Positions 39,890-52,689 are shown, counted from the stretch's first letter. The stretch: DNA of 64,000 bases from Octopus bimaculoides (GCF_001194135.2 NC_068981.1:100630348-100694347), one strand, 5' to 3'. Notes: generated by a model not told the origin, from the letters alone. A program made the numbers and translations.

Positions 39890-41016
39890 CTTAGGGTGTG
39901 AAGTAAAGGAAAAAACACATCTTTAAGCTTAAATTATATTCTGAAACAAATTTCATTTTTTTTTTTTAATCTCTCTTACGATTGACAATCTTTAGCCTTA
40001 ACCTTGATGTATTTCATGGCATGTTTCACAAGATTTCAGTCATTGATAATATTTTCCACCATGATAAAGTCATTGAAATAATTAAGACTAATTTACAATA
40101 CAATGTGTGTATAGGTGTATGTATATGCGTGTGTGTGTGTAATGTTTTTAGATATGCTTAACAATGTATCTCAAAGCAAGTTCAACTATAATACCATGGG
40201 TGAAAAACCACTGGGATGGAAAAATGGCAGGAAGCTACCTGCAGGACTCGTCATTTGTAGCCCAAACAGATGTGCAACCAATTACACTGAAGCAGCCCTT
40301 GTCAGTACAACACAGTCCTTCAACTCATCAAGATCCTTTTGAACATCCCAAACCATGCTAGTATAGAAGATGAACATCAAAATGATGCTGGTGAGATATA
40401 TATGTGTGTATATATACATACACACACACACATATATACATATACACATACACACACACACATATATACATATACACATCCACACATGTATTTATGTATG
40501 CATGAATGCATATTAAAAATAAACCTCTAGAGGCAACATAAGGGCTTTTGCAGAGATAATCTTTCCAGTTTCGATAGCAGGACAAAATGCACACAGTCTA
40601 ATCTGTAAAATGGTTGGTGATAAGAGAGATGTCCAGACATAGAAACTATGCCATAAGAAACAACCTCAAACAACAGATATTAATTTTTTTCTATTAAGGC
40701 AAGTGCTATATTATGATGGACCACAGTGACTGGCATGACAAAAGGACTGTTTAATTCATATTAGTATGGTAAAAAAAACGCACAAAATGATGATGCATAT
40801 ATTCAAAAATGTAATCGTTACAGTTTTGCTATAATTGAAAAACATTTCTCAATGTTGTTATCATTGGCTGTAATGGCTAAAACAAAGAAACTGAAAACAT
40901 GTATAACATTTGTTGTCAGTGTCAGTTGACAAATTTGTTTTAAAAAACAGCTTTTTGCAAGACTAGTAAGTCTATTTGTTTTGTTATTTTTTAGTCAATT
41001 CATTTTAAAAGGATAC

Positions 41017-41081
41017 AATCAGACAGATCCAGTTGAAACACAACATTGTTACATAATCAGCAGGACGACCTAAAAAGGTTC
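41017..41081 (-). CDS. DERL1: Derlin-1 exon 3
   Basis: ttttag|GAACC...CTGATT|gtatcctttt. Encodes GTFLGRPADYVTMLCFNWICLI. 65 nt. Confidence 0.93.
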
Positions 41082-42289
41082 CTAAAATAAAAAGATAAAA
41101 ACATAAATGCAAATTGCAAGGTTAATTACAATGGTTTCACATTTTAGCACAAGACCAGCAATTTTAGGGGGAAGGGGCAACTCAATTATATCAACTCCAG
41201 TACTTGGCTAGGAAGTACTTTCCTTTATTGATTCTAAAAGGACGAAAGGCAAATTTGACCACGTCAGTATTTGAACTCAGAATGTAAGTAAAAAAAAATG
41301 ACACCAAGCAGTTTGTCCATCAAGCCAACTCACCATTTAAACAAGTTTAATTATAATGTGAATCATCATCATCATTTAACGTCCGCTTTCCATGCTAGCA
41401 TGGGTTGGACGATTTGACTGAGGACTGGTGAAACCGGATGGCTCCACCAGGCTCCAATCTGATTTGGCAGAGTTTCTACAGCTGGTTGCCCTTCCTAACG
41501 CCAACCACTCCGAGAATGTAAGTGGGTGCTTTTATGTGCCACCGGCATGAAAGCCAGTCAGGCGGTACTGGCAACGGCCACGCTCAAAATGGTGTATTTT
41601 ACATGCCACTTGCACAGGAGCCAGTCCAGCGGCACTGGCAACAATCTCGTTCAAATGTCTTTACACGTGCCACCAGCACAAGTGCCAGGAAGGCGACGCT
41701 GGGCACAGGTGCCATCACGATTTCGCTTGCCCCAACAGGTCTTCGCAAGCGGAGTTTCGTGTCCAATGAAGGAAGGTGACCCCCCTTTGGTCACGAATGA
41801 CCATGAGATCGCACCTAGAAAGTTCTCTTTCAAGGTACAAGTCCAGGTAAATTTGCTTATGGAAGACCAGCAGTCACCCATGCATACCAGCCTACCCTCT
41901 CCATGCAACCAATGTTATCCAAGGGAAAGGCAAAGACTGATACAGCAAAACATTCAATACAGAATATGTACATATGTGCCAAAAGGTTTGTGTGAGATTT
42001 GGCTGTTACACATATTTAGAGAAAGATAGTTATGACCGGTTCAGAGGGTTACCCAGGGTTTTGCATCCATAAAGCACTTAGCTTTACATACGTCTTGCTA
42101 GACCCAAATGTCTGACGGCCTATAATCTCTCTTCAAAAGGAGGAGGAAAAAGGCCTTGCAGCTAGTTTTTGAACACACCGACCAAGAAAGGTCAAGTTCA
42201 AAGGATCGTCTCCCATAGATCACTATCCAGAATCCAGCCAGTCAGTTTGTGGGTCCCAGGATTTCAGTAGTGTAAACAAGGTCTGAAAA

Positions 42290-42420
42290 TTTCTGTTCTG
42301 GAATTTAGGATGTCCCCCCAGATTGAGGGAGTTCTTTAATATGCTTGCCCGTTCCACTATGCACAGCTTGCAATGTTTGCTCTTGTTGATGTAGGGACCA
42401 GTTTCAGAACAAAGCATTAG
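42290..42420 (-). mobile_element. Penelope-like element remnant (C-terminal region)
   Basis: GPYINKSKHCKLCIVERASIL resembles the PYxNxSKRCxLCxxEKxxI motif of Penelope-like ORFs. Confidence 0.4.
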
Positions 42421-42635
42421 CTGAATACAGCGTGATGATTAGAAAATGAGATGACAAAGGAATAAATGATTATCTTAACTTCATTAGCTTACAGCTGTTT
42501 CTACTATAAAATACAGTGAACTCTTAGTTGAGTGCCTGAGTAACAACTTATAGCTTCATTGAATCCTTGAATATGAAGCACAATTTATTTGGGGAAAGAA
42601 GTACATTACATATATATGTAGGAAAAAGCATTACC

Positions 42636-42639
<4 letters not shown>

Positions 42640-42711
<72 letters not shown>
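42640..42711. repeat. Compound (GT)n(AT)n microsatellite
   Basis: Read directly. Similar tracts at ~31705-31752, 32095-32131, 45883-45936 and 51233-51302. Confidence 0.95.
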
Positions 42712-43970
42712 CTAACATAAGTAAACACATAAATGCAAAATATAGCTTTAATAAATAGTATGTCATCATCATCGTTTAACGTCTGCTTTCCATGCTGGCA
42801 TGGGTTGGATGGTTTAACTGAGGACTGGCAAGCCAGGAGGCTGCAGCAGGCTCCGATCTGACCTGGCAAGGTTCCGACAGTTGGATGCCCTTCCTAACGC
42901 CAACCACTCCAAGAATGTAGTGGGTGCTTTTTACGTGCCACCAGCATAGGAGCTAATTAGGCAGCACTGGCATTGACAGCACTTGAATGGTGCTTTTTAC
43001 ATGCCACTGGCATCAGCCATGCTCAAATGGTGCTTTTTACGTGTCACCAGCACAGAAGCTAGTCAGGCAGCAATGGCATCGGCCACACCCAAATGGTGCT
43101 TTTTACGTGCCACTGGATGGGAACCAGTCCAGCGGTACTGGTATCAGCCAAGACAGCAAATTTACTTGACTCAGGTCTTTTCAAGCACAGCACATTCTTA
43201 AATGGGCCAGTTATGCGACACTGGCATAGGCCATAGCAACAATCTCACTTAACTTGCTGGGTCTTCTCAAACACAGCATATCTCCAAAGGTCTTGGTTGC
43301 TCATCATTGCCTTAGTGAGACCCAACATTTGAAGGTTGTGCTTCACCAGCTCAGGTCTTCCTAAGTCTACCCCTTCCACAGTTAGAGATCGGCACTAGAC
43401 AGCTTCTGACAATGTGAAAAGTTTAACGAAACCTTTATATTTCAGGCTCAAAGTCCCATCTTTAGAAGAAAAGTCCAGTTATGTAGGATTTGTTAATCCA
43501 TTCAGCAAGTTATGACTGTCACAACTTACCTGAAGACCATGTGTACATTATCAAATTGATTGGTTCAGGAACTCTCTCTCTTTTTTCTCCTCATTTGTAC
43601 TGTTTAGTGCCTCACATAGTAATACTCATAACTCCTTTCTCTTTTCATAGTCATTAGGGGAAGGGCACTTATTATTTCAGGCAATTCACGCCAACATCTT
43701 ATGTCAAAACACATTGTCTTGTAATTTGAAATATTTCAACGCTGTTGTCTCCCTTGGCATAAAAATAGAGACAAACCTCCAGGCCCTTATCCCAAAATTA
43801 AAGAAACAATATAAAACATTATCTCATATCTTCCTAAATTCAAACAAATATTTTGCCTAAAAGATAAGAATTTTAAAATTAAACATCCATTAACCTTTCT
43901 CAATTTTTCGTTTAGAGGTGAAACTGAGAAAGATATACTTACAAAAAAGGCAATAAAATAGCAATTATAC

Positions 43971-44082
43971 CTGTTTCCAAACGAACTGAGTAAGAATATA
44001 GAAAGTACAAATTCAAGAGGTAATGGAAACCTTGAGGACCAGAAGTAGGGTAATACAGAACTGAAGTTAACAACCGCCATAT
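43971..44082 (-). CDS. DERL1: Derlin-1 exon 2
   Basis: ttttcag|ATATGGCGG...ACAG|gtataa. Encodes IWRLLTSVLYYPTSGPQGFHYLLNLYFLYSYSVRLET (derlin WR motif). 112 nt. Confidence 0.95.
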
Positions 44083-44719
44083 CTGAAAAGAAAAACAAAA
44101 ACATATCACGTACTTTTTATACCTTATTTATTCATGTAAGGGCAGGCATAGCTATGTGGTAAATAAGTTTCTTTCCCAACCACATGGTCTTGAGTTCAGT
44201 CTGACTGTGCAGCACTTTGGGCAGGTGTCTTTACTACAACCCCAAGCCAAACAAGTTTTTAGAGTGGATTTGTTAGACAGAAACATTAAAAAGCCAGGGA
44301 GGTGTGTGTGTGTGTGTGTGTGTGCAAGCTTGTAGTCTCCTTGTCTTGGTATCACACAATAGTTGTATATAACTGTCACACTTATACACGCAGTATGGTC
44401 TATTTTCAATCATTCGTAAAAACATACTTTTTTTTTCTATAGGGAAATATTACCTTGCTTGGAAACAGGTGAAGTTTGGCAACAAGAAGGGCATCTAGCA
44501 ATAGAAAATTTGCCTCAACAAATTCCATCTGACCCATGGAAGCATGGAAAAGTGGACATTNNNNNNNNNNAGGTGAAGTTTGGCAACAAGAAGGGCATCT
44601 AGCAATAGAAAATTTGCCTCAACAAATTCCATCTGACCCATGGAAGCATGGAAAAGTGGACATTAAAATGACGACAATGATGATTTCTTAGGGTTTTTTT
44701 TCATATTTTTGTACGAGTC

Positions 44720-45879
44720 CCTGACAGTTCATTGGGTATAATAAAGTCCCTAAATTAATCATTATCATCCACATTTCTAGACTTTGACAGTCTCATCATC
44801 AGAATGAAAATTCTTACTGACATGTGTAACTGCTTAAAGTTGATGAAACTTCCAAAAGCAACAGTTTATCATGTGTATAAACAATTTAAAGCAGATGGAA
44901 AGATTGATAGAAAAGAACCCAAGACTCGAAGTGATTCCAAGTGCAATTCAAAGTTTCTCGCTGGCCTCAAACACTCAACTGAAGCCAACCCATCCGCATC
45001 CATGACAACTCTTGCAAAGAAATGCAATGTGTCCCTTTCCACAGTGTCCAGAGCTGTGAACAGGAACCTTGGCATGACTAGCTATGTTTGACAACACTGT
45101 CACCTCCTAACAGCCAAGGCCAAAGTACTGAGAGCCAAGAGATACCCAAAGCTCCTGTCATTCATCAAGCATCAAGGTGCAAGAAAAACTCTGTTTGTGG
45201 ACAAGAAGTTCACTGTGGACGCTGAAATTCTCAAGTGATAGCATACAACCCTTCTGACATCCCCTCGGTGTTTGAGATTAAGAATCCTGTCTCTGTGATG
45301 GTATTTGGAGCCATGGTGAGTGATGGAAGTGTCATGGATCCACACTTCAATGAGTCTGATTTGAAGATCGGTACAAAGGAGTATGTGGACATCCTGAAGA
45401 ACTATCTGTTACCTTGGATGGAGCAGAAGTTTGGGTTTGACAATGTGATACTTATCCAGGATTCTGCACCATGCCATGGATCAAAAGCAACACAGGCCTT
45501 CCTTGGTAAGGTGCCATTTCTTGTGAGGGCTAACATCTGGCCCAGTAATAACCCAGATCTTAACAGTCTTACTTTTTATGGAGCATACTTCTACTTCAAG
45601 CAAGGACCAATGCTTGACCACACTTGAGTGTGAACAGTTTGAAGACCTGCATCGTATGTGCAACATGCAAAATCAAAAGGGCAAAAGTTGTGAAAACGGC
45701 AAAAAAATTTTGTTCTCATGTGGAGGAAGTAATTGCCCAAAAGGGCGGCCATATTGAATGATAAATGTTTTTGTTGTAATAAATGCTACATTAAAATTAC
45801 ATCTGTCTATTACCATTATTTTAGTAGTTATAACCAGCTTTGTGCATCATAAAAATTGTCCCAATTTATCTGCAAGACC

Positions 45880-45882
<3 letters not shown>
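44720..45882 (+). mobile_element. Tc1/mariner-superfamily (maT/DD37D-like) transposon remnant in DERL1 intron 1
   Basis: HTH region (LPKATVYHVYKQF...AKKCNVSLSTVSRAV), VMVFGAMVSDG, QDSAPCH...WPSNNPDLN and terminal KGGHIE*. Right TIR tgtcccaatttatctgcaagaccc; left TIR not seen. Stops and frameshifts present. Confidence 0.82.
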
Positions 45883-45936
<54 letters not shown>

Positions 45937-48723
45937 ACTGTCACACTTATACACGCAGTATGGTCTATTTTCAATCATTCGTAAAAAACATACTTTTTTT
46001 GTTGCACTCGCAATTGTGAGATCATGGTTTCAATTCCTAGATGGGGTGGTGTGTTGTGTTGTGTTCTTGAGCAAAACATTTCATCTCACGTTGCTCTGCA
46101 ATCACTGCAACACCTGACATGTGGTATACTGTGCTCCTATTCAAGCAATGTCAATTTGATGGAGTGAGTGACATACATTTTATCACTATAAACAAATCCT
46201 TTGTGCAGGTCATTTGGAAAAGCTGAACACTCATATGTTGCCTTTGGCAGGAAAGTCCATCATATATATATACAGATACACATAAAGATATATATATATA
46301 TACATATATACAGACGATGGAACATGTGGAAGACAGAGAAGAATTAGGACAAAATGGAGAAGACATATACAAAAAAAAAAACCCATCAAGATGAAGACAC
46401 CTCTCCAACTAATACATACTATAAAAATTTCTCACCTCCAAATTACAAAACTGTATTATCCAATCAGTACAGAACCGACATAAGACATCAATGGAGGTTT
46501 AGAAGCCTTAAAAATTCATTCTGACACTGCAGATGTAGCATAGTGGATAAAGGGGTTAGATAATGCAGAGCAGTTACCTAGAAGTTCTGAGTTCAATCTC
46601 AGGCAAGGGACTAAGGTGAATCACAAGATGCTTGAAGAAGGCTGGAGTATACAGTCAAAATGTAGTGAAAAGCAACAACCAAGATGAAGACATCACTTCT
46701 ACCAATACATAATATAACAAAATTCCTCATCCCAAAAATACAGAATTGTGGAGACAAAGCTGTTACACCTCATGGACAAGATGACAAAGAACAATATTGA
46801 CTGGTGGTAAACAGTGAGAAAGAAGACCCACTCATCCATCCAAGCATGGAACATGGACACTGAAGTTATGTTATCTGAGGCCTCCATCTGTCATAAAAGA
46901 CTATGCTGGTTCTCCAATAAACATTGAATGTAGCTTGAATGGATGCCTGAGGTGAAAGCGTCCAGATGATATTTGCTCTCATACTCTTCAGCCAAATGAG
47001 AACCAAAGTTGCAGTTCAGGTAAAAACCTTTTTAAATCTTGGAGATACTGATCTTAACTTTCGCCATGTTTACAGCTGATGACTGACCATATGTCATACA
47101 TGGATTTCATCTTTAGGTTTGATATAAATCCTATGTAAGTATCAATGATACCCATGTTCTCTACCACCATTTTTCTAAAATGCGTAAACCTATAGGAGTT
47201 AAATATAATCTACATCAGTATAATCACTAGAATCTACAACAGTTATGTGTGTTTTCTTTGTCTAATTAACCTTTAAAATGTTTTAATCATTCTATGTACA
47301 TTTGCTAAGCCTTGCAATCCATAGCTCACATATTCGCAACATCCAAACTGATTTTTGAAAAGTAACTGCAACAGAACAAATAGGTTTTAACTCTATGACA
47401 CCAAGTAAAAATTTTTAAAAAAACATTGAAAAGAACATGACTTATAGTCCCATAAAAATTCAGAACTTTTATTTAATTCATCTTGAAATATAAAGAGGCA
47501 ACGAAACTTTCACAAAATGTCGCCTTTCAGAATACATGTACACACGGTCCTTCAGTTGCAGTCTGTCGAAAGCGATTTGGCAGAACAATTATTTGTGAAA
47601 ACCACAAATGACTGATTTGAAGAACTCTTAATATCATTATAGCAAGTATTAGTTAAAAGTATAATTATATCCAATAAAATATGTTAGAATATCTATAAAC
47701 AACATTATGCGCAAATAGGTGTATATTTAAGTCCGCTTACTGGCGCCTACCACTTAATCCGAAATCTGTCTATGGTAAACAATAGTATAGTGAATATTAT
47801 TAGTTGTTATATTACTAGTAAATATCACATCACTTCACAGTGAAGTTGTCTTTGCTTTACCAATGTTTCGCCGATAATGCCATGCCCCCAACTTTAAAGA
47901 TCCATTCTACATTAATAGAAAATACTGATTATAAAAACGGATTATTGATGTTTGCTTATAAAGAGGACTGCTCTACATGTTATTGCGTGTTTGAATTGAT
48001 TTCGTTCAATGTATAAATCTATATAAACATTTTGGAGGCAATATTTCGGCTTTAGCAGCTTAAGTGTCAAATTGGATCAGCTGATTGTTCGTTAAATTCC
48101 GAAAAATGTTTTTATTTTACTTTTGTTTTCATGACGCGTGGAAGGCGACATTTGCTTTGAAGTGAAAGGCGGAAGTGAAAGAGAGGAGAAAGTGAAAGAT
48201 GTATGTACGTGTATATGAAATGTATGTATATATGAAAGATAGTGGGTGTACATGTGTGTATGTGTGCGTGCGCGCGTTGTACGTATTTGTAGACAGTCAC
48301 GCACGCACACAAACACACACCCATTCTCTTTCATATACACGTACATACATAAATACAGCGAAAGTAAAGGATACGTACACCTAGTGTAAAGGGTTAGAGT
48401 TTTTGTTACGCCGAAAATGGGTGGTGTACATATTCTTCACTTCCGCCCATAAATACATATGCATATCTTTTGTTTCTGTAAAATCCAGGTTAGCATGCAC
48501 TTCTCTACTTTATAACTGTGTTATAACACCACGCCCCTTCTTATTTAACTTAAGTAAACAAAGAATTTTTCGTTATCCAAGTCAACTAAATGCGACATAA
48601 AAGAAGGTCAGAAGTTTAAACTCTTCGGCATCATAAATTTCCCAGAGCTAAATAAAACTGTCCGACATTTATCTGTACATGCTTGATATAGAGTGTAGGA
48701 TTCACATACATACACACACAAAA

Positions 48724-48893
48724 TTGGGTAAATTTTCAGATTAACACCCGCACGATTTTCACTAGGGTGTTAGGGTTAGGGTTTTAGGGTCAGCCTTAGG
48801 GGGTTAGGGTTAGGGAATTCCGTCTCTAACCCTAAAGGTAACCCTAACACCCTAGTGAAAATCGTGCGGGTGTTAATCTGAAAATTTACCCAA
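48724..48893. repeat. Perfect 55-bp inverted repeat enclosing TTAGGG-like units
   Basis: Arm 48724-48778 is the exact reverse complement of 48839-48893. Confidence 0.92.
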
Positions 48894-49506
48894 AATGGTG
48901 TAAGTATATACGATTGTGCATATGTACCCTCTCAGCTAGTCAGGAACTGGGGTTCGTTTCTCACTCACGTCAATATTTTTTTTTTATTCCAACATGGAGT
49001 GTTCCGGCCAAACGTGACATCAATTAAAATATCAATTAACAGAAGATATTTTGGCCAATTCCAAGTTGTCAACCTGACACTCGGTTGTTGTTTCTTTCCT
49101 ATCAGCCCTAATTAAGAAGGCATTTATGCTGTGATCAGTCTTTTTTCTTTTCTTTTCTTTTAGCTTTGTATAACCAAACCCACTTTTGGTTTCTAGTTCT
49201 CTCACATCGAGCAACAACGTTGACCCGATAGTCGTCGGATCTTTTGAGTTTGTATTTAGTAGGCCCTTTTAAGGAGATATTTATGATATCAAATACCAAA
49301 ATAAAATACACTGTTCATATACATTCAGTATTAAGTATAAATTGCATAACATTCTTTGCAGAGAAGTATTAAATATTTATACATAACAAACTATAGTTAT
49401 TTGAAAGAAAATCATTTACGATTCTGTCAAAGTATTACAATTATATTAGACGTATATAAAATTATAATTTCTTTCATTTAAAAGTATTATGATAAAGTTT
49501 TCAAAC

Positions 49507-49665
49507 CTGAAACTTGTAGACTACAAATTCATATCGTAGAATCAACCATATGGGTGAAAGTAAACCAAATCTTGCGGCTATAGGTAGTACAATAGATCCA
49601 ACAAACCAAAATTTAGTAATCCGTGGAATGCTACGAAACCAATCTCCGATGTCGTTCGACGCCAT
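49507..49665 (-). CDS. DERL1: Derlin-1 exon 1 (start codon)
   Basis: Encodes MASNDIGDWFRSIPRITKFWFVGSIVLPIAARFGLLSPIWLILRYEFVVYKFQ, followed by |gtttga. Typical Derlin-1 N-terminus. Confidence 0.95.
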
Positions 49666-50406
49666 ACTGTAGTGTCGTCCGAGGACAAGAAATGTCCTCT
49701 TCAAACAAATTCACAAACAAATGTCTAAATTTACAAGGAAAATACTTTAAATGTGTTGTCTTTCAAACGGCCACTTTGGGGTGAGATTAATCAATTTAAA
49801 ACAAAAGGATTATCGAAAATGTTAAGCCCTTGTATGGAAGAGTTTTCTAGGCAATTGAATAAACGGTGTAAAACAAACACAAGTTCTCCACAATATAAAT
49901 GGTCAGAATAAGATGTTTGTGTTATTTAATTTTTTTTTTTCGTTCGTTCGAATTAAAATACTGTTTGTTATCTTACTAACTTGCGAATATAAATGGATGT
50001 ACAAAATTCATTATCATTGTAATAATTTCTTTGGGATCACTGAAATAAAAGAATAACCGACTTTGGGCTGATCCATCATCAATTTATATGAAATCTGTAA
50101 TTTTATTTTAAATTACAAGAAAGGTAACTCGGTCAGATATTTATTACAATAACGTAACACTTGAGACGTCAACAAACCACGTGGTTTCAGACCTTTGAAA
50201 AGCCACGTTTTACAAATACAAATCGATATATAACTGTTGATATAAAAAATTAAAAAAAGGAAGTTCTAGAAGAGGAATCATTACCAAAATTTTCATGTGC
50301 TTAAAATGTTTATGAAAGTAGAATAATAAATATGTAAATATATACTAAAAATATATATCAGCTGTAAACAAATTCGAGAGGGCATGCAAACTTGTTAAAT
50401 TATATA

Positions 50407-50425
50407 CGTGTCGCCCAACTATTGG
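50407..50425 (-). promoter_or_regulatory. ERSE-like element upstream of DERL1
   Basis: Minus strand CCAAT-AGTTGGGCG-ACACG versus the consensus CCAAT-N9-CCACG (one mismatch), about 750 bp upstream of the ATG. Confidence 0.4.
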
Positions 50426-50675
50426 CTAGCTTTTTAATAAACGCAGAGACGAACGCAATGTCAATATAAAGTTGAGAATGCGTCGGGCAATATGCATAGC
50501 GGCATTTCGTCCATCTTTACGAACCACCGAGGTCGACTTTGCCATTAATCCTTTCGGGGTCGATAAAATAAGTACCAGTTGAGCACTGGGTCAATGTAAT
50601 TGACTTACCCTTCCCCTGAAATTTGAAACCAATATAAAGTTGGGAATGGGGGAAACTATTAATAGTATTACTAGT

Positions 50676-50709
<34 letters not shown>

Positions 50710-50717
<8 letters not shown>

Positions 50718-50936
50718 AGAAGGGATGACCACTAAGTGGACATCCTATATGCTAGAAAGAAGTCATCAACGACCCAACCACAAAGAAAAATAATGTTCTC
50801 CAGAAAAAAATTCTGCAAATCACCAGAACAACTACTTTTTTTCTGAAGAACATTATTTTTCTTTGTGGTTGGGTCGTTGATGACCTCTTTCTAGCATATA
50901 GGATGTCCACTTAGTGGTCATCCCTTCTTATACACA
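50710..50936. mobile_element. Long-TIR MITE / foldback hairpin
   Basis: Arms 50710-50810 and 50836-50936 (101 bp, two mismatches), with a 25-bp spacer. Confidence 0.8.
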
Positions 50937-51230
50937 TGTAATACAATTTTTCTGAATTTTCAGATTTTTTATATGCTAGGCCACTTGGTTTTAAATTGAA
51001 TTAATATTCAATTTATCACCCTCTATATATAAATATATATTCCCTAATATTATTACTATATATATATACAGGACACAGTAGTGTGTCGATAAGCCAGTTG
51101 GAGGAGATGTCCTCCTGGGGCTAAAACCAACAGTAACATCCACCCCTAGGGGTCAGCCACACTTAAGTGGCAATATACTACACTTTATCGTGCAGTTACT
51201 GTTAATACTTCATTTAGAGAATTAACATTG

Positions 51231-51302
<72 letters not shown>

Positions 51303-51305
<3 letters not shown>

Positions 51306-51560
51306 TGAATAGTGATAGTGACAGGCTTTACCTAAGAAAAGATAAAGGAAGTAGAGGCTTGAGATTAGTGCAGATAGTCTCTCTCAAACAGCACATACTA
51401 AACAACAACAAAAATAATTACATAGACTTAGTGCTGAAAAGTGAAGAGAACAGTATCCTATGTGTCAATAGCAAGCTTCTCAGGAAGCATTCTCTTCCTG
51501 ATGATCTCCCATGCAACCCCAAAACAGCCAGACAAAAATATCTCAAAAAAGACCTGAATG
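51303..51560 (+). mobile_element. R4/Dong-like non-LTR retrotransposon remnant
   Basis: DSDRLYLRKDKGSRGL resembles the DxDRLYLPRxxGGRGL motif of RLE-type elements. Abuts a (TA)n(GA)n tract. Confidence 0.6.
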
Positions 51561-52689
51561 AAGTGGTAAGGACTGACTTTGGGGTGTTGGGCCTCATGGA
51601 GAAAATGGAAATGGACTGAGGTGTGTGTGATATAAGGTTTTGGAAAACACCTGCCCACATCAGCAAAACTGAGTTCTAGAAGCGCTGTGTGTTCCACCCA
51701 CATGTAACAATAAGACTTTTCATATACCCCACCCCAACAAACCAAACTACAATTTTTCATCATCTGACACAAGATCACCTCCTTCAATGCCCCCTCCTCT
51801 CTCAAAGTATCTTCATCTTGCAAGTTACTTGGTGACCCTGCCAGTGTAGGTACCACATAAAAAGCATCCAGTCTACAGTGTAAAGTGGTTGGCATTTGAA
51901 AGGGTATCCAGCAGTAAAAACCATGCTAAAACCATGCTAAAACTGACCACCTAGAAAGCACTGAGTCCACTCTGCAGGGTGGTTGGTGTTAGAAAGGGTA
52001 TCTAGCCATAAAAACTATGCCAAACAGAAACAGAAGTCTGGCACAGTCTTCTGCCTGGCCAGCTCTTGTCAAACCATCCAACCCATGCCAGCATGAAAAG
52101 CAGATGTTGAACGATGATGATGATGATGATGTGATATGCTCAGCATACCAAAAATAAAAAGACTATGCACAGGTATGTTTCCTTAAGACTTGAAGAAAAC
52201 AGTAATATTGCTTTCAAATTTTGGCACAGAGCCGGTAATTTTGAGGGAGAAGTTAAGTTGATTAAACTGATCCCAGTATGCAACAGGTATTTATTTTATC
52301 GACCGCAAAAGGATGAAAAGCAAAGTCAACCCCAGTGGTATTTGAACCTATAAAGACAGACAAAATGCCACTAAGCATTTTGCCTGACATGCCAATAGTT
52401 CTGCCTTAAAGAGGACAGTAATATTAGCTTTCAAGTTTTGGCACAAGGCCAGTGATTTCAAGGGAGGGGTAGGTCACTTAGATCAACCCCCAGTAATCAG
52501 CTGGTACTTATTTTATCAACCCTGTAAGGATGAAAGGCAAAGTTGACCATGCCAGAATGTTACTAAACATTTTGCCTGGCATGCTAACAATTCTGCCAGC
52601 ATGTTGACATGAAGTGAAGCCTCTGTTGAACTCGTGACCACTACATCACATCACACTCTGAAGGTTATGCATTTGCAATCCAAGAACAG

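Noticed and set aside
44466-44665. Exact ~95-bp direct duplication either side of a 10-N gap
   Set aside because: Typical unmerged contig overlap, so treated as an assembly artefact.
48724-48893. Telomerase RNA gene or true telomere
   Set aside because: The template-like ctaaccctaa is part of a perfect DNA palindrome, no pseudoknot or H/ACA features were seen, and the repeats are few, degenerate and interstitial.
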